A stretch of DNA of 64,000 nucleotides from Rhodothermales bacterium (GCA_040904565.1 JBBDTI010000031.1:71056-135055), one strand, 5' to 3'. Positions 29,812-40,478 are shown, counted from the first letter of the stretch. Translations and numbers: made by a program. The notes: generated by a model from the letters alone, not told the origin.

Positions 29812-31464
29812 ATGCCCGTCGGAGCCTCCGTTCATGCGTCGATTCGACGCATCCCTTTTTCTGAGATGGATGACTTCTCGACGCTCTTTCGGGACTATTG
29901 TACCGGCTTCGACGCGCTCTCATCGTTCTATGCGGGGGACTACCGGGCACCGGCCGCGCGACGTGCGGCCGTAGAGCGAGCGGCCGCTCATGAGCGGGAT
30001 CGAGATACCCTCGCCGACGTGCTTCTGGAGCAGAACGAGCGTTGGGGGCTGCCGCAGGGCGTTCGCGACCATATCGAAGCGCTCCGACGCTCGGGGAGCG
30101 CGGCGGTTGTCACAGGGCAGCAGGTGGGTCTCCTGACGGGGCCACTCTACACGATCCTCAAGACGGTGTCGACGATCCAGCTGGCAGAACAGCTGTCGGC
30201 GGAGACCGGGCGCGACGTCGTTCCTGTATTCTGGCTGGGTGGAGAGGATCACGACTTCGAGGAAATCTCGAAGGTGTCGATGCTGCGGCGCAATGAACCG
30301 GTTGAGGTGCGGTATGTCGTGTCAGACGCGGGTTCGGGCGGCAACGTGGGACCGGTGGGGCGTATCGAGTTGAACGAGGAGGTGGAACGGATCGTGGGGG
30401 AGCTGGAGGACGTTCTTCCCCCAACGGATTTTCGAGATGAGGTGATGCAGGTCGTACGGACGTCCTACCGGAGCGGGACGACATTCTCCGACGCATTCGC
30501 CCGGATGCTGAGAGCGCTCTTTCCGAACGCCGGGCTCGTCATCATCGATTCGGACGACGTGCGCCTTAAGCGGCTGGCCGCGCCGCTCTACAAAAAAGAA
30601 ATAGACGACGCGGAGCACGTGGCGGAGCTCGTTCGGAAGACGTCCGCCACCCTGGCCGACAGCTACCACAGCCAGGTTCACGTCCGCCCATCCAACCTCT
30701 TCCTTATCAACGAGCGCGGGCGCTTTCCGCTCGACCTCGACGACGGCGTGTTTCGCCTCCGGGATCAGGACGAAAGGTATACCCGCGCGGAGCTGCACGA
30801 ACTGCTGGACGAAGCGCCGGACCGGTTCAGTCCGAACGTCGTGCTTCGTCCGTTGACGCAGGACCTGCTGCTGCCGACGGCCCTATACGTCGCCGGGCCC
30901 AGCGAGATAGCCTACTTCGCGCAGTACGGCGACGTGTACGATTGGGCGGGGATTCCCATGCCGCTCGTTTATCCGCGAGCGAGCGTCAGCATTGTCGAAT
31001 CCAAGGTCTCGAAGGTACTCGAGAAATACGGTCTGACGGTCGGCGATGTCGGGGAGGATCTCGATCGCCTGTTCCAGCGCGTCGTCGTGGATGCGATGGA
31101 CGTCGACGTGGACGAGGTGTTCTCGGATGCCGGGCGTCATCTGCACGAGGCCGTCAATGCCGTGAAGGGTCCGCTCGAGGAGATCGACCGGACGCTGTCG
31201 GGAGCGGCCGAAGCGACGCGAAAGGCGTTCATGGAGGAGTTCGATAAGCTCAAGGCGAAGGCCGTGCGGCTCGAAAAGAAGAACCACGACGTCGTTCGCG
31301 ACCAGCTCGAGAAGGCGCAGTCGAACCTGTATCCTGCCGGTGTGCTGCAGGAACGGGCGATTTCCATTCTCTACTTTGTGAACAAATACAGCCTCGACTT
31401 GATCGGCGCGTTGCTGGACAACGTGTCGACGGACACGACGGAGCACCAGATCGTAGAACTCTGA
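29812..31464 (+). CDS. bshC: Bacillithiol biosynthesis cysteine-adding enzyme
   Basis: VVTGQQVGLLTGPLYTILK, VPVFW..GEDHDFEEI, FSPNVVLRP, YVAGPSEIAYFAQ, LQER. Confidence 0.93.
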   Translation: MPVGASVHASIRRIPFSEMDDFSTLFRDYCTGFDALSSFYAGDYRAPAARRAAVERAAAHERDRDTLADVLLEQNERWGLPQGVRDHIEALRRSGSAAVVTGQQVGLLTGPLYTILKTVSTIQLAEQLSAETGRDVVPVFWLGGEDHDFEEISKVSMLRRNEPVEVRYVVSDAGSGGNVGPVGRIELNEEVERIVGELEDVLPPTDFRDEVMQVVRTSYRSGTTFSDAFARMLRALFPNAGLVIIDSDDVRLKRLAAPLYKKEIDDAEHVAELVRKTSATLADSYHSQVHVRPSNLFLINERGRFPLDLDDGVFRLRDQDERYTRAELHELLDEAPDRFSPNVVLRPLTQDLLLPTALYVAGPSEIAYFAQYGDVYDWAGIPMPLVYPRASVSIVESKVSKVLEKYGLTVGDVGEDLDRLFQRVVVDAMDVDVDEVFSDAGRHLHEAVNAVKGPLEEIDRTLSGAAEATRKAFMEEFDKLKAKAVRLEKKNHDVVRDQLEKAQSNLYPAGVLQERAISILYFVNKYSLDLIGALLDNVSTDTTEHQIVEL

Positions 31465-31488
31465 ACGCTTCCCGGCCGCGTACGTGCG

Positions 31489-32634
31489 TCACACCGCCGG
31501 CTCCATCTTCATGACCAGGCGGCAGAGGCGGCGCCAGGTCTTCAGGTCGCGCGTACATTCTTTCCGCAGCTCCTCCACCCGCTGGCGAAGCTCCCGGGCT
31601 CTGGTCGGGTCGGCATCCCGTGCCGCCCGGTAGCGGTCTCTCGCTGTCTTGGCCGCCGTGATGGTAGACGTAAGCTTGTCCGACGTCTTTTCTACGGCGT
31701 CCATGAATGCTTTGGCGTGCTGATCTCGCAGCCGGCTCAAATGGTCGATGAGCAGCTCGCGGTCTGCCTGAACGAGGCGCTTCTTGATCATGAGCGGATC
31801 CATCGTCTTCAGGTCCGACGCCAGGCCGAACTTGCTGAGCAGCCAGATGACGTATTTGGGAGGGTCGAATTGATACCACCGGACGCCGTTGCGGTAATCT
31901 CCCGAGAAGGTGTGGTGGTAATTGTGATATCCCTCGCCAAAGGTGAGCAAGGCAAGAATGAAATTGTTTACCGCCGAATGCTCCGTCGAGTAGGGTTTGC
32001 TCCCCCACATGTGGGCCAGTGAATTGATGAACCACGTGCAGTGGTGGGCAAGGAAAAGCCGGACGAGAATGGCGAACACGAATGCACCGGCAACATCTCC
32101 CGTCGCCACGCCCACCGCGGCGAATACGAATATGTTTGCGGCGGCCATGAGCAGCCCGTAATACCTATCCTGCAGTACGAGCAATCGATTCTGCTTTAAG
32201 TCCGCCAGATACTTCTCATCGAGGTCCTCCCGCCCCTTGAACATCCACAATACGTGCGGATGCCAGAAGCCGCGCTCCGTCTCGTACGGATCCTCGTCGG
32301 TGTCAACGTGCCGGTGATGCAGCCGATGGTCGTGCGCCCATTCGAATACGCTGCCCTGTGCGGAGAGCGTGCCGAAGAAGAGCAGAACGGCCTCGACGGC
32401 GGGGTGCACGTTGTAGGTTCGGTGGGCGTACAGCCGGTGATAGCCCGTTGTGATGGCCATGAGCGTGGCGGTCCACAGAAAGGCCGTGCAGCCGATGAGC
32501 AGCCAGCTCGGTGAGTTATGGATCAGATAAAGCGGCAGCGCGACCAACAGCGCGAGGTGATACCCTCCGATGAAGAGGAGCGCGCTCCAGTTGAGGCGTT
32601 TGCCGCGCCAGGCGGCGAGGAAAGAAGATGACAT
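31489..32634 (-). CDS. Membrane acyl-CoA (delta-9-type) fatty acid desaturase
   Basis: His boxes GYHRLYAH, HDHRLHH and GEGYHNYHH; C-terminal helical extension. Confidence 0.92.
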   Translation of the reverse strand: MSSSFLAAWRGKRLNWSALLFIGGYHLALLVALPLYLIHNSPSWLLIGCTAFLWTATLMAITTGYHRLYAHRTYNVHPAVEAVLLFFGTLSAQGSVFEWAHDHRLHHRHVDTDEDPYETERGFWHPHVLWMFKGREDLDEKYLADLKQNRLLVLQDRYYGLLMAAANIFVFAAVGVATGDVAGAFVFAILVRLFLAHHCTWFINSLAHMWGSKPYSTEHSAVNNFILALLTFGEGYHNYHHTFSGDYRNGVRWYQFDPPKYVIWLLSKFGLASDLKTMDPLMIKKRLVQADRELLIDHLSRLRDQHAKAFMDAVEKTSDKLTSTITAAKTARDRYRAARDADPTRARELRQRVEELRKECTRDLKTWRRLCRLVMKMEPAV

Positions 32635-33046
32635 GCCAAGCCGGTTCGATTTGGTGGATTGCAGATGCGGAATCGCCGTGAGGCCGGCCTTGCGAGGTGT
32701 GCAGGGGGAGCTTTCGTGCACGATGGGAGTCCGGTCGGGACCTCCTGTTGCTCGGCCATTGTGCACACGCGCTCAACCCGTGTACGGTTTCCTCACCGAA
32801 GTCGAGAATGCGAAGTTCCATGCAGGGAACCGCAGGTATCGATTGTGGTGAATTGATCCTGACGGTGGCGTCGAGAATAGGAGACGCCGCTCCTCGCGTT
32901 TCCACATGATGCCATGCCGACCAACCTGATTCACAAGCCCGTAGTAGCCATGCCCAAGCTGTTCATTCTGTTGTTGACGATCGTTCAGATCCTGGATACG
33001 CGGCGGCAGGATGGGTGCATCCTCCCGGACGACATGTAAGGAGTCG

Positions 33047-33484
33047 TCAGAAGAGCCGGCTGTGTTCGACCATGATGCATCGGTTCTTTACGTACGGCAG
33101 ATCGTGCTCCCTGGCGGTAGCCTCCGCATCCGGACTCGAAACACCGATCTGGGTCCAGACGACCGGGCGATGGCCGGTGCTTTCGGCCCGCTGCGCCGCT
33201 GCCTCGACCATGTCGGCCGTATAGCGCGGATTGCGGAAGACGTTTACGACGTCGATCTGCATGCTTTCCGGGACGGACAGCAGATCGGGGTAGGCTTTGT
33301 CGCCGTCACACGTCTCGTGATGCGGGTTGACGGGGATGACCTCATATCCGGCCGTCTTGAGATACCGGTAGATGGCGAAGCTCGTCCGCTCCGGCCGATC
33401 GGAGCACCCGACCACGGCGATGGTACGGGTATTATCCAGTATGGACGTGAGCTGGTCGACGCTGTTTACGACGGAAGTTTGCAT
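33047..33484 (-). CDS. CoA-binding protein (YccU-like)
   Basis: [42 protein letters not shown]. Confidence 0.9.
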   Translation of the reverse strand: MQTSVVNSVDQLTSILDNTRTIAVVGCSDRPERTSFAIYRYLKTAGYEVIPVNPHHETCDGDKAYPDLLSVPESMQIDVVNVFRNPRYTADMVEAAAQRAESTGHRPVVWTQIGVSSPDAEATAREHDLPYVKNRCIMVEHSRLF

Positions 33485-33781
33485 GGCGTATCGTACAGAT
33501 GGCGTGATAGGACGATCGATGCCGCTCGACGCGACGAAGGTCGTACGTGCGGCCGGCTGCGACAGATTGCGAACGCCGCCTGCCTCAGGTGTGTACCTGT
33601 CCGCACCCCCTGCGTTCGTTTCGCCCCGGATTTGTTTCAACCGGACGGTCGCCGGCTTTGCCGCGGGGCGTCTTCGAGGGACGCCGGGAAGGCAGCACGG
33701 GTTCAGCAGCCATCGAACAATTCGGCAAGGGAGGTCGTACGCCATCGTCACCATCGAATGGCCGTCAAATCAGGAGCATCC

Positions 33782-36433
33782 ATGGCTGGATACCCCTTTA
33801 CCGCGATAGAAGAGAAGTGGCAATCGTATTGGGACGAGAAGAAGACGTTTCGGACGCCGGACCGGCCCGATCCGGATCGGGATAAATTCTACGTACTCGA
33901 CATGTTTCCGTATCCGAGTGGAGCGGGCCTTCACGTCGGGCACCCCGAGGGCTACACGGCCACCGATATCATCGCGCGATATAAGCGGATGAAGGGGTTC
34001 AACGTGCTCCATCCGATGGGATGGGATGCGTTCGGCCTACCGGCCGAGCAGTATGCATTGAAAACGAACACGCATCCGCGCGAAACGACCGAGCGGAACA
34101 TAGTTCGATTTCGCGAACAGCTGAAGTTGCTCGGTTTTTCCTATGACTGGGATCGGGAAGTCAATACGACGGATCCGGCGTATTTCAAGTGGACCCAGTG
34201 GATCTTTCTCAAGCTGTACGAAAAAGGACTGGCCTATCAGAGCGAGGTGCCCGTCTGGTGGTGTCCCGAGCTGGGAACGACGCTCGCCAACGAGGAAGTC
34301 GTCGACGGGAAATCCGAGGTCGGCGGCTACGAATGCGTCCGCAAGCCGCTGCGCCAGTGGATGCTGCGCATTACGGACTATGCCGAGCGACTCCTGGAGG
34401 GCCTCGACGAGCTCGATTGGCCGACAAGCACGAAGGAGATGCAGCGGAACTGGATCGGCAAATCGGAGGGCGCCGAGGTAGAATTTCGCATCGTAGGCCA
34501 TCCCGCCGAAAAGCTCCGCGTGTTCACCACGCGGCCGGATACGTTGTTCGGCGCGACCTTCATGGTACTGGCGCCCGAACACCCGCTCGTGGACACGTTG
34601 ACCGAGAAGGAGCGGGAGGATGAGGTGCAGGCCTACGTACGCGAGGCCGCCTCGAAAAGTGATCTGGAGCGGACCGAGCTGCAGAAAGAGAAGACGGGCG
34701 TCTTCACCGGGGCCCACGCCGTCAATCCGGTCAACGGGGAGAAAATCCCCATCTGGATAGCGGACTACGTGCTGGCTACGTACGGTACCGGAGCCATCAT
34801 GGCCGTGCCGGGCCAGGACGACCGGGACTGGGAGTTCGCAGCGCGGTATGAACTACCGATCGTCCGAACCGTCAAGCCCCCGCCCGATTTCGAGGGGAAG
34901 GCCTATACGGGAGATGGACCGACCATAAATTCCGATGCATCCAACCGAGAAATTCCAGGAATCGCGGAGCACGGCATCAGCCTGAACGACCTCCAGGTCG
35001 CCGAGGCCAAGGAGAAAATAATCGCCTGGCTCGAAGAGCAGGGCTGCGGGCGCGGCAAGGTGAACTACAAGCTGCGAGACTGGCTCTTCAGCAGGCAGCG
35101 GTACTGGGGTGAGCCGTTTCCCATTGTGTTTGTGGATGGAGAGCCGAAGCCGCTTCCCGAGGACGAGCTGCCCGTGGAGCTTCCGGAAATCGACGAGTTC
35201 AAGCCGAGCGGCAGCGTCGAAGGTCCGCTCGCTACCGTGACCGACTGGGTGGAGACGATCGACCCGGAAACGGGCAAGCCCGCCAGACGGGAAACGAACA
35301 CGATGCCCCAGTGGGCGGGATCGTGCTGGTACTATCTTCGCTTTCTCGACCCGCACAACGACGAACGGCTGGTCGATCCGGAGAAGGAGAAGTACTGGAT
35401 GCCGGTCGACCTCTATATCGGAGGATCAGAGCATGCCGTGCTGCACCTGCTCTATGCCCGCTTCTGGCACAAGGTGCTCTACGATGCCGGTGTCGTGGCC
35501 ACGCCCGAGCCGTTCGGCACCCTGGTTCACCAGGGCATGATTCTCGGCGAGATGGAATACACGGTCTACGTAAAGCAGGACGGCACCTACGTCTCCGCGG
35601 ATCACGTGGTCGACGGCGAAACGGAGTCCGGCGAGCCCGTCGAGGCCGAGAACGTCGAGGAGGCTGACGTAGCAAAGCAGGGCGACGTGTTCGTCCTGGC
35701 CGACGACCCGTCAGTCCGCGTAGATGCCCGCGCCCACAAGATGAGCAAGAGCCGCGGCAACGTGATCAATCCGGACGACGTGGTGTCGCGCTACGGCGCG
35801 GATTCGCTGCGCCTCTACGAGATGTTTATGGGTCCGCTCGAGCAGGTCAAGCCGTGGAGCATGCGGGGCGTCGAGGGCGTGCATCGATTTCTGAATCGCG
35901 TCTGGCGCCTGCTCGTCGACGAGGCGTCGGGCGATCCGCGCGATGCCGTCACGGATGCGGAGCCGTCGAAAGATCAGCTCCGCACGCTCCACCGCACGAT
36001 CGAGAAAGTCGGCGGCGATATCGAAGACCTGAGCTTCAACACGGCCATCGCGGCCATGATGGAGTTCGTGAATGCCGCCAACAAATGGGACGTGGTGCCG
36101 GTCGACATCGCCCGGGATTTCGTTCTCGTTCTGAGTCCGTTTGCCCCCCACCTCTGTGAGGAACTCTGGCGTAAGCTGGGCGCAAAGGAGACGCTGGCGT
36201 ACGAGCCGTGGCCGGAGGTCGTCGAGGAGTACCTCAAAGAAGACCAGGTAGAGATCGCCGTGCAGGTGAATGGAAAGGTTCGGGCGACGATCAACGTCGC
36301 TCCGGAGGTATCGAAGGAGAACGTCCTGAAGCTGGCGCGGGCCGAGGAAAACGTCGCGCGATACCTGCAGGAGGGCGGCGTGCATCGCGAGATCTACGTG
36401 CCCGGCCGCATCGTTAATTTCGTCGTGAACTAA
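33782..36433 (+). CDS. leuS: Leucine--tRNA ligase
   Basis: [14 protein letters not shown] (HIGH), [33 protein letters not shown]; RBS CAGGAG before ATG 33782. Confidence 0.97.
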   Translation: MAGYPFTAIEEKWQSYWDEKKTFRTPDRPDPDRDKFYVLDMFPYPSGAGLHVGHPEGYTATDIIARYKRMKGFNVLHPMGWDAFGLPAEQYALKTNTHPRETTERNIVRFREQLKLLGFSYDWDREVNTTDPAYFKWTQWIFLKLYEKGLAYQSEVPVWWCPELGTTLANEEVVDGKSEVGGYECVRKPLRQWMLRITDYAERLLEGLDELDWPTSTKEMQRNWIGKSEGAEVEFRIVGHPAEKLRVFTTRPDTLFGATFMVLAPEHPLVDTLTEKEREDEVQAYVREAASKSDLERTELQKEKTGVFTGAHAVNPVNGEKIPIWIADYVLATYGTGAIMAVPGQDDRDWEFAARYELPIVRTVKPPPDFEGKAYTGDGPTINSDASNREIPGIAEHGISLNDLQVAEAKEKIIAWLEEQGCGRGKVNYKLRDWLFSRQRYWGEPFPIVFVDGEPKPLPEDELPVELPEIDEFKPSGSVEGPLATVTDWVETIDPETGKPARRETNTMPQWAGSCWYYLRFLDPHNDERLVDPEKEKYWMPVDLYIGGSEHAVLHLLYARFWHKVLYDAGVVATPEPFGTLVHQGMILGEMEYTVYVKQDGTYVSADHVVDGETESGEPVEAENVEEADVAKQGDVFVLADDPSVRVDARAHKMSKSRGNVINPDDVVSRYGADSLRLYEMFMGPLEQVKPWSMRGVEGVHRFLNRVWRLLVDEASGDPRDAVTDAEPSKDQLRTLHRTIEKVGGDIEDLSFNTAIAAMMEFVNAANKWDVVPVDIARDFVLVLSPFAPHLCEELWRKLGAKETLAYEPWPEVVEEYLKEDQVEIAVQVNGKVRATINVAPEVSKENVLKLARAEENVARYLQEGGVHREIYVPGRIVNFVVN

Positions 36434-36451
36434 CGCCCGGGAGGTCGCCAG

Positions 36452-37210
36452 ATGTCCGAACTCGACGTGCTCGCCTTCGGCGCTCACCCCGACGACGTCG
36501 AATTATGCGCCGGCGGGACGATCTGCTCGCTGACGAAGCGCGGCTACCGCGTAGGCGTCGTGGATCTCACCCGGGGGCAGCTCGGGTCGCGAGGTACGCC
36601 TGACGGGCGGGACGAGGAGGCGGCGCGCGCCTCGGAAATTATGGGGCTGTCCGTTCGCGAGAACCTCGGGATGATGGACGGAGCCATCCATAACACCCGG
36701 GAGCACCAGCTGCGGGTCATCCGCGTGCTTCGCACCTACAGGCCTCACGTCGCGCTCATCGGCTCCTTCGAATGCCGGCACCCGGATCACGGGGCGGGCG
36801 CCCGCCTGTGCGCCGACGCGTTCTTCTACGGCGGACTGCGAAAGATCGTGACGCACGATGACGACGGGAGCGAACAGGCGCCGTGGAGACCGCATCACGT
36901 CCTCCACTACATGCAGGCCATCGATTTCGACCCGACGTTCGTCGTCGACGTGAGTGACGTATGGTCGCAGCGCATCGACGCCCTCCGGGCGTTCGAATCG
37001 CAGTTTTTCAATCCCGACTACGAGCCGGACGAAGACGAGCCTGAAACGTTTGTCTCCAATGAGGGCTTCTCCCGATGGGTCGAAGCGCGGGCTCGGACGT
37101 ACGGATACCGCATCGGTGCCGAGTACGGCGAACCGTTTCTGTACCGGCAAGGCCCGGTCGGCGTCAGTGACCTCTTTCGTATATTGAGCGAGGAGCGGCC
37201 GTTCCGTTGA
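36452..37210 (+). CDS. bshB1: Bacillithiol biosynthesis deacetylase BshB1
   Basis: AHPDDVEL, DLTRGQLGSRGT, RHPDH (PIG-L family); bshC lies nearby. Confidence 0.88.
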   Translation: MSELDVLAFGAHPDDVELCAGGTICSLTKRGYRVGVVDLTRGQLGSRGTPDGRDEEAARASEIMGLSVRENLGMMDGAIHNTREHQLRVIRVLRTYRPHVALIGSFECRHPDHGAGARLCADAFFYGGLRKIVTHDDDGSEQAPWRPHHVLHYMQAIDFDPTFVVDVSDVWSQRIDALRAFESQFFNPDYEPDEDEPETFVSNEGFSRWVEARARTYGYRIGAEYGEPFLYRQGPVGVSDLFRILSEERPFR

Positions 37211-37300
37211 GGCCACTCGCGATCACATGAGGGCTACCGTGGAAGATTTCAACCACTCCCCAGGCGAAGATCGTGACGTGCCCTGCCGTGAACGTCTCCG

Positions 37301-38791
37301 TCAGTCCTTCTCGTCCATGACGTAGGACAAAAACGCTTCGGCCGTTCGAAACGGTTCGCCGTCGGGAACCACGATGGCAGACACAGAGCGCATCAGGTAA
37401 TCCGCCTGTTGCGGGGCCTCATCCAGCACACGCCCCTTCAGATGCGCAAAAAATCGGCGTGCCGCTCCCGATCCGGAATCCGACAGGAGGATGACCAGAC
37501 GCTCGGCATCGAGGTCGACGAGCATGTCGTCCTCTTCGCGAAGTGATTCGGAAACCAGGTCGAGAATGAAGTCAAAGTCAAACGGACGGGTACTGTCTTC
37601 GTCGGGCCGATCCATGCGAAGGGCGACGAGGACGAAGGGTGTTTCGTCGATCTCTTTGCGAATGAACTGCTGCTGGAGTCGTGCCCGAAACGCCTCACGG
37701 TCTGTGTGGCTCGTGCGGGGACTCGCTACCCCCGCGACGGGTCGTGCGCCCGTATTCGGCTCCACGGTGCGACGCTCGATCGTTCCCGTCCAGCTGCTCG
37801 AGGCGTTCGAAAGGTCCGCTCCAGGACGGCGTTCGCGTCCCGCCGAACGTAAAGACCGCGAGCCGGAGCCGCCAAGGGGAATTCGTGGGATGCGACTCCC
37901 GCCGGCTTCCATACGTGCCTTGTGGTTCGGCGAGGAATCCGTCGTCTCCCGAGCGGTTCGCTCTCCGTGCCGACCCAGTCGAATTGCCCGTACGATCGTT
38001 CCACCATGGCGGCGGACGGTATCAGGCGCATCCCAGCGTGCGTTTCGCGGAGAGGAACGTCTGGGGTGTGTCGCTTCGGTGCGCGAACTCCGGGCCGACA
38101 GTGGGATGGGGGACGTGGCGATCCATCGGCGTACGTTCCATTCCCGCTCGACCTCGCATCCAGCGTGGCCGATGTTTGGGAGGAACGTCACGCGGCGCAC
38201 GGCAGATGACAGGGCCTCCGCCTCTTCTATGTGCAATGCGCCCGTCATCTGCCGGTGCATGAATGTGATGACGGCATCAGATTCCTCATTGGCGGGTTCC
38301 GCCATCGTGAGTACGAGCGTGGCGTCCGCCGCATCGAGGCGATTCAGCATGTCGATGAACGCATTTCGAAACCGATCGAACGATATAAATCGAACGAACG
38401 GCATGAAGTCGTCGATGACGACGCGCGACGGGCCCACTCGCTCAACGGTAGCAGCAAGGGCTTCCAGGTGCATGGCTCGTCCGTCATCATCCGTCTCCGG
38501 CGAGCCGGCATGCAGGGGAAGGCGCTCGATCCGAGTTGCCGCGGGCTCATTCAGCACGATGCCTGCCTGTCTGGCCCGCTCGATCACGTCCCGCGTGGAC
38601 TGCGAAGAGAGGTAGAGGGACGGCGCGGAGGCATCACCTTGCGCCGCAAATAGGAGCGGTATAAGGCCGCGGCTGCTCTCTGAACGGCCGAAGACTAGAT
38701 ACGACCCGCCTTCGTACAGTCCCCCCCAGGCATCGTCGATGAGATCGACGCCAGAAGATAATTTAGGTGCGTATCCCACGTCGGTGGTCAT
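37301..38791 (-). CDS. Degenerate KaiC/RecA-like domain fused to degenerate GGDEF-like domain
   Basis: N-terminal LSSGVDLIDDAWGGLYEGGSYLVFG...RVVIDD is KaiC-like with a broken P-loop. A low-complexity linker follows. C-terminal AFRARL...FVLVALRMD...SLREEDD...LVILL is GGDEF-fold-like. Confidence 0.65.
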   Translation of the reverse strand: MTTDVGYAPKLSSGVDLIDDAWGGLYEGGSYLVFGRSESSRGLIPLLFAAQGDASAPSLYLSSQSTRDVIERARQAGIVLNEPAATRIERLPLHAGSPETDDDGRAMHLEALAATVERVGPSRVVIDDFMPFVRFISFDRFRNAFIDMLNRLDAADATLVLTMAEPANEESDAVITFMHRQMTGALHIEEAEALSSAVRRVTFLPNIGHAGCEVEREWNVRRWIATSPIPLSARSSRTEATHPRRSSPRNARWDAPDTVRRHGGTIVRAIRLGRHGERTARETTDSSPNHKARMEAGGSRIPRIPLGGSGSRSLRSAGRERRPGADLSNASSSWTGTIERRTVEPNTGARPVAGVASPRTSHTDREAFRARLQQQFIRKEIDETPFVLVALRMDRPDEDSTRPFDFDFILDLVSESLREEDDMLVDLDAERLVILLSDSGSGAARRFFAHLKGRVLDEAPQQADYLMRSVSAIVVPDGEPFRTAEAFLSYVMDEKD

Positions 38792-38854
38792 GGCCTCGTA
38801 GACGTTCCTGCTAACTCCATACCGGGTGAGCACAAACGGCATGCCGACTTTAGG

Positions 38855-39000
38855 AAAACGGGCTAAAACGGGCCTTCATGGGCTAAAATAGATGGAATCG
38901 ATCCGTTTTCGGCTGAATCGTCGCGCCGAGAATCCCTTTTTGAGATATAAGCATTCGCTAAATGAGATAATTAAGCGCGCGCTTACAGGGATGTTGAGAT
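38855..39000. promoter_or_regulatory. AT-rich promoter region with direct repeats upstream of the KaiC-like gene
   Basis: AAAACGGGC at 38855 and 38865; GGGCTAAAA at 38860 and 38880; TGAGAT at 38941, 38963 and 38995. Confidence 0.4.
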
Positions 39001-39101
39001 CTCTCGTCGCCGGATGTTCTTTAAGCGGCGCCTGGACGAGATAGGGCCGGGAGAGGATACTGCGACGGTGACGTACCGCGGCGCGCGTACGTACAAGACC
39101 G

Positions 39102-39785
39102 TCAATCCAGGACGAAATCGACGGTAGAAGAGCTGCGGATGAGGCGGTTCTGGGGATCTATGGCGTCCACACGCAGCGAATACGCGCGGCCTGGACTCAG
39201 ATCTTCACGCATAGTCTGCATGATCGAATCCGACGCCGCAACGTGCTCCTCCATGGTTTCGTACGTGCCGGCCACCCGAGCTTCGTCGATATCCCACACG
39301 ACCAGTCGGTATTTGTACGCATTTTCAACCTCCGGCCACTCGATGGAAGGGCCGGGGAGGGACACGTCTACCGTCAGCTCGGCGCCTGAACGGGACGTGG
39401 TCGAACGCAGCGCATCGGTTGGTGGACCGAACGACAGGCGAAGTATCATTCCGACGACAAATACAAAGAGGGTCGCAGCCACATAGCGTTTCGCTCCCTC
39501 CATCCAGCCCGGCCGACTGCGCCGCTCGCTCCGGGCGATAGTCCGACGGGCAGGCCTTCTCCCTGCAAACTTTTTCTCTGCAGACGTTCTATCGCGAGCG
39601 GCCGGGTCATCGGCCCCTGAGCTGCGAGCCGCCTGAAGCGCATCGGCAGCCATGCGCACGACTTCCCGAGCATCCGAATTCCCGGCAAGATACTCGACCA
39701 CCTCTTCGCGTTCGTCGTCGCCAAGTGTACCGGCGAGGAAGGCGGCAAGCGTATACTCGTCGATTACTCGATCAGATTCTTGCAT
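39102..39785 (-). CDS. Anti-sigma-like single-TM protein (zf-HC2-like N-terminus lacking His/Cys)
   Basis: IDEYTLAAFLAGTLGDDEREEVVEYLAGNSDAREVV, one TM helix, and a C-terminal FN3-like beta domain (WPEVENAYKYRLVV...LSPGRAYSLRVDA). Confidence 0.6.
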   Translation of the reverse strand: MQESDRVIDEYTLAAFLAGTLGDDEREEVVEYLAGNSDAREVVRMAADALQAARSSGADDPAARDRTSAEKKFAGRRPARRTIARSERRSRPGWMEGAKRYVAATLFVFVVGMILRLSFGPPTDALRSTTSRSGAELTVDVSLPGPSIEWPEVENAYKYRLVVWDIDEARVAGTYETMEEHVAASDSIMQTMREDLSPGRAYSLRVDAIDPQNRLIRSSSTVDFVLD

Positions 39786-40478
39786 ATGACCTGACGCACC
39801 ATCATGACTTCGGCACACGGGGGTGTTCGGCTGCTCCGTACGAGGTGGCGTACGCTATAGTGTACGTATTAGCGCACCGGTTCTTGTGCTCACTCTTTGT
39901 GCACGAACTCTCATGTACCAAATTTCGTGCACGCAACTGCCGCGTTCAAGTGCGGCAACCTCGTCTTTCGCATGTACTTTTCGTTCGTGCGCTTCTCCTA
40001 TAGAGTTACGAATAATTATCCGAAAGTCGGAGTGTAAAGTGGAAAATTTCTGTATCTATTGGGGGCGGAACGGTGCATGATGTCGAGCGAGACCTGCGTT
40101 CGTCTCACGATATCACTCCGGCTGGGACGGGTATGGGGCGAGGAGCGTTGGCCAGATGAGTAGGGCGCCGTACTGATGCGGGAGCGATCCGAGGGTCTGG
40201 GCGTTATTCCCGACAAGGAGGGCTGGAACGGGAGGCCGAAGATGCTGTAGCGACGCGTTGCATGCGGCCTTTTGAATTGTTTGTGAGGCGGGAGAACGTG
40301 CCGGTTCGCGCGCGTTCGCAAACGCCGGCGCGATTGACTCCCAGGCGAGCCTGAGGGTATATTGATGTTCTTGAGGGGAAACGTGCATGAGGCATGGTTG
40401 CCCGCGAGTCGCTACCTCGCCACGTTGCGGGAGAAAGCTTCGTTCGTTGCGTACCGCGCATTCAGAAATCTAGGCGAC

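Noticed and set aside
32911-32965. Imperfect direct repeat GCCATGCC...CAA.CTG.TTCA upstream of the desaturase
   Set aside because: Two short degenerate copies with indels; not distinguishable from chance by eye.
33011-33781. 257-aa N-terminal extension of LeuS in the ORF track
   Set aside because: It overlaps the opposite-strand CoA-binding gene; the real start is ATG 33782, which has an RBS.
37491-38615. Long plus-strand ORF opposite the KaiC-like gene, and similar long antisense ORFs across the window
   Set aside because: Arg/Ser-rich shadow frames typical of high-GC coding DNA, with no domain signal.
37301-38791. Circadian clock KaiC
   Set aside because: Only one KaiC-like domain, a broken P-loop, and no kaiA or kaiB nearby.
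39938-39957. GTTCAAGT hairpin resembling a tRNA T-arm
   Set aside because: The G-C closing pair of a 7-nt T-loop is missing, and no acceptor, D or anticodon arms could be built around it.
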